Shown here: piece by piece, positions 62,562 to 64,000 of the stretch
How the letters are laid out: the number at the start of each line of letters is the position of its first letter
Numbering within the stretch: position 1 is the stretch's first letter
Source: Dehalococcoidia bacterium
GTDB lineage: Bacteria; Chloroflexota; Dehalococcoidia; Lucifugimonadales; UBA3495
DNA: 64,000 nucleotides
Direction of reading: 5' to 3'
NCBI GenBank assembly: GCA_965203195.1
Contig: OZ241860.1
Coordinates: forward strand, 1,555,362-1,619,361
Notes under the pieces: model-generated
Databases searched by the model: none
The model's input: the letters and a program-made list of their open reading frames with translations, nothing else
Told to the model about the DNA's origin: nothing
Translations under genes and position numbers: made by a program

Positions 62562-63986
62562 CTAGGCGTCGAAGTACTTGAAGAATTCGTAGGGATGCGG
62601 GCGCAGGTGCAGGTCGTCCACGTCCCCCTGCTTGAGTTCCAGCCAGGTCTCGATGAGGTCGTCGGTGAACACGTCCCCGCGCATCAGGAAGGCGTTGTCC
62701 CGTTCCAGGGCCGCCAGGGCTTCCTCCAGGGAGCCCGGCACCTGGCGGATGCGGGAGAGTTCCGCCGCCGACATTTCGTAGAGGTTCTGGTCCACCGGGT
62801 CGGGGGGCTCGATTTCGTTGATGATGCCGTCGATGCCGGCCATGAGCATGGCCGCGAAGGCCAGGTAGGGGTTGCAGGAGGGGTCGGGGGCGCGGAACTC
62901 CAGCCGCCGGGCCGCCGGGCTGTTGGAGTAGGTGGGAATGCGGATGCAGGCGGAGCGGTTGCGGACGGAATAGACCAGGTTCACGGGGGCTTCGAAGCCC
63001 GGCACCAGGCGCTTGTAGCTGTTGGTGGTGGGGGCGGCGAAGGCCAGCAGGGCCGGGGCGTGCTGGAGCAGGCCGCCGATGTAGTGGCGGCAGCTGGCGC
63101 TCAACATGGCGTAGCCGTTGGCGTCGTAGAACAGGTTGGCACCGTTTTTCCAGAGGCTCTGGTGGGTGTGCATTCCGGTGCCGTTGTCGCCGAAGATCGG
63201 CTTGGGCATAAAGGTGGCAACCTTGCCGTGGGCCTTGGCGACGTTTTTGACCACATACTTGAGGACGGTCACGGAGTCGGCCATGGAGGTCAGGCTGTCG
63301 TAGCGGACGTCGATTTCCGCCTGGCCGGCGGTGGCCACTTCGTGGTGGTGTTTCTCCACGATGATGTCAAAGTGTTCAATCTTTTGCACCATCTCGGAGC
63401 GGATGTCCTGGAAGGTGTCGAAGGGCGGCGCCGGGAAGTAGCCTTCCTTGGTGCGGGGGCGGTAGGCGAGGTTGATGCCGCCGCCGATGGTGGTCGGGGC
63501 GCCGGTGTTCCAGACCCCTTCGTCGGATTCGATGAAGTAGTAGCCGGAGTTCATATTCTGGTCGAAGCGGGCGGATTCGAAGATGAAGAATTCCGGTTCC
63601 GGCCCCCAGTAGCTGGTGTCGGCGATGCCGCTGTCCTTCAGGTAGGCTTCCGCCTTGTGGGCCACGTTGCGGGGGTCGCGGGTGTACAGCTCCCGCGTCA
63701 CCGGGTCCAGGATGTCGCAGAGCAGGTGCAGCGTGGGCACCTCAAAGAAGGGGTCCACCTTGGCCGTCGACACATCCGGGATGAGGAGCATATCGCTCTC
63801 CTCGATGGTTTTGAAACCGCGGATGCTGGAGCCGTCAAAGCCGTAGCCCTCGGCCATATTGGCCTCGGTCAGCTCGCTCAACGGGATGGACAGGTGCTGC
63901 AAGGTTCCCGGCAGGTCGGTGAACCGCAGGTCGATGATGCCGACCCCGTTGGCCTTACAGAAGTCAATGACTTCGGTGGGTGTCAT
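62562..63986 (-). CDS. glnA: Glutamine synthetase type I (long, GSI-beta-like, 474 aa)
   Basis: DLRFTDLPG, GFDGSSIRGF, MPKPIFGDNGTGMHTHQS, NPYLAFAAMLMAG, and DQNLYEMS (candidate adenylylation Tyr loop). Confidence 0.9.
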   Translation of the reverse strand: MTPTEVIDFCKANGVGIIDLRFTDLPGTLQHLSIPLSELTEANMAEGYGFDGSSIRGFKTIEESDMLLIPDVSTAKVDPFFEVPTLHLLCDILDPVTRELYTRDPRNVAHKAEAYLKDSGIADTSYWGPEPEFFIFESARFDQNMNSGYYFIESDEGVWNTGAPTTIGGGINLAYRPRTKEGYFPAPPFDTFQDIRSEMVQKIEHFDIIVEKHHHEVATAGQAEIDVRYDSLTSMADSVTVLKYVVKNVAKAHGKVATFMPKPIFGDNGTGMHTHQSLWKNGANLFYDANGYAMLSASCRHYIGGLLQHAPALLAFAAPTTNSYKRLVPGFEAPVNLVYSVRNRSACIRIPTYSNSPAARRLEFRAPDPSCNPYLAFAAMLMAGIDGIINEIEPPDPVDQNLYEMSAAELSRIRQVPGSLEEALAALERDNAFLMRGDVFTDDLIETWLELKQGDVDDLHLRPHPYEFFKYFDA

Positions 63987-64000
63987 TGGAAATTGCCTCC

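Overview
GC-rich bacterial chromosomal segment. GC content was judged by eye, not computed. The gene content (futalosine-type MqnA, LLM/F420-type oxidoreductases, DUF1800/DUF1501, many Uma2, HEPN-like and toxin-antitoxin genes) fits a Chloroflexota-like or similar lineage, but taxonomy cannot be established from this window. The backbone is housekeeping and metabolism: htrA-like proteases, a plsY-der operon, argF, dinB, purE, two glnA paralogs, an M16 peptidase, a TPP enzyme, a CoA-transferase, SDR and Ldh2 dehydrogenases, a TauE exporter, yhhQ, and four tRNAs (Arg-TCG, His-GTG, Ser-CGA, Trp-CCA). The accessory content is as follows. (1) A 1891-bp IS-within-IS composite (an IS1-family element split by a 1083-bp IS) occurs twice in direct orientation at 2456-4346 and 42876-44766; the first 607 bp are identical and the rest has diverged. 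(2) An islet of three tandem HEPN/PaREP1-like genes plus a HigBA pair lies between two ferritin-like diiron paralogs, one of which has lost key glutamates. (3) Two loci (47.4-48.8 kb and 53.4-54.5 kb) hold head-to-tail arrays of one small-protein module: a full-length membrane-anchored copy followed by partial or degenerate copies, each with its own Shine-Dalgarno site. I consider this the most unusual signal in the window. (4) There is a second HigBA pair, tandem Uma2 endonuclease genes with coiled-coil tails, a duplicated DUF5678-like gene next to a retropepsin-like gene lacking its catalytic Asp, an M50-like protein lacking its zinc site, several short-period intergenic tandem arrays (14 bp x6.5, about 16 bp x9, about 16 bp x5), and a roughly 0.8-kb ORF-poor tract next to IS copy 2. 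All family calls rest on motifs read from the translations and on memory of family signatures. No database search was run.
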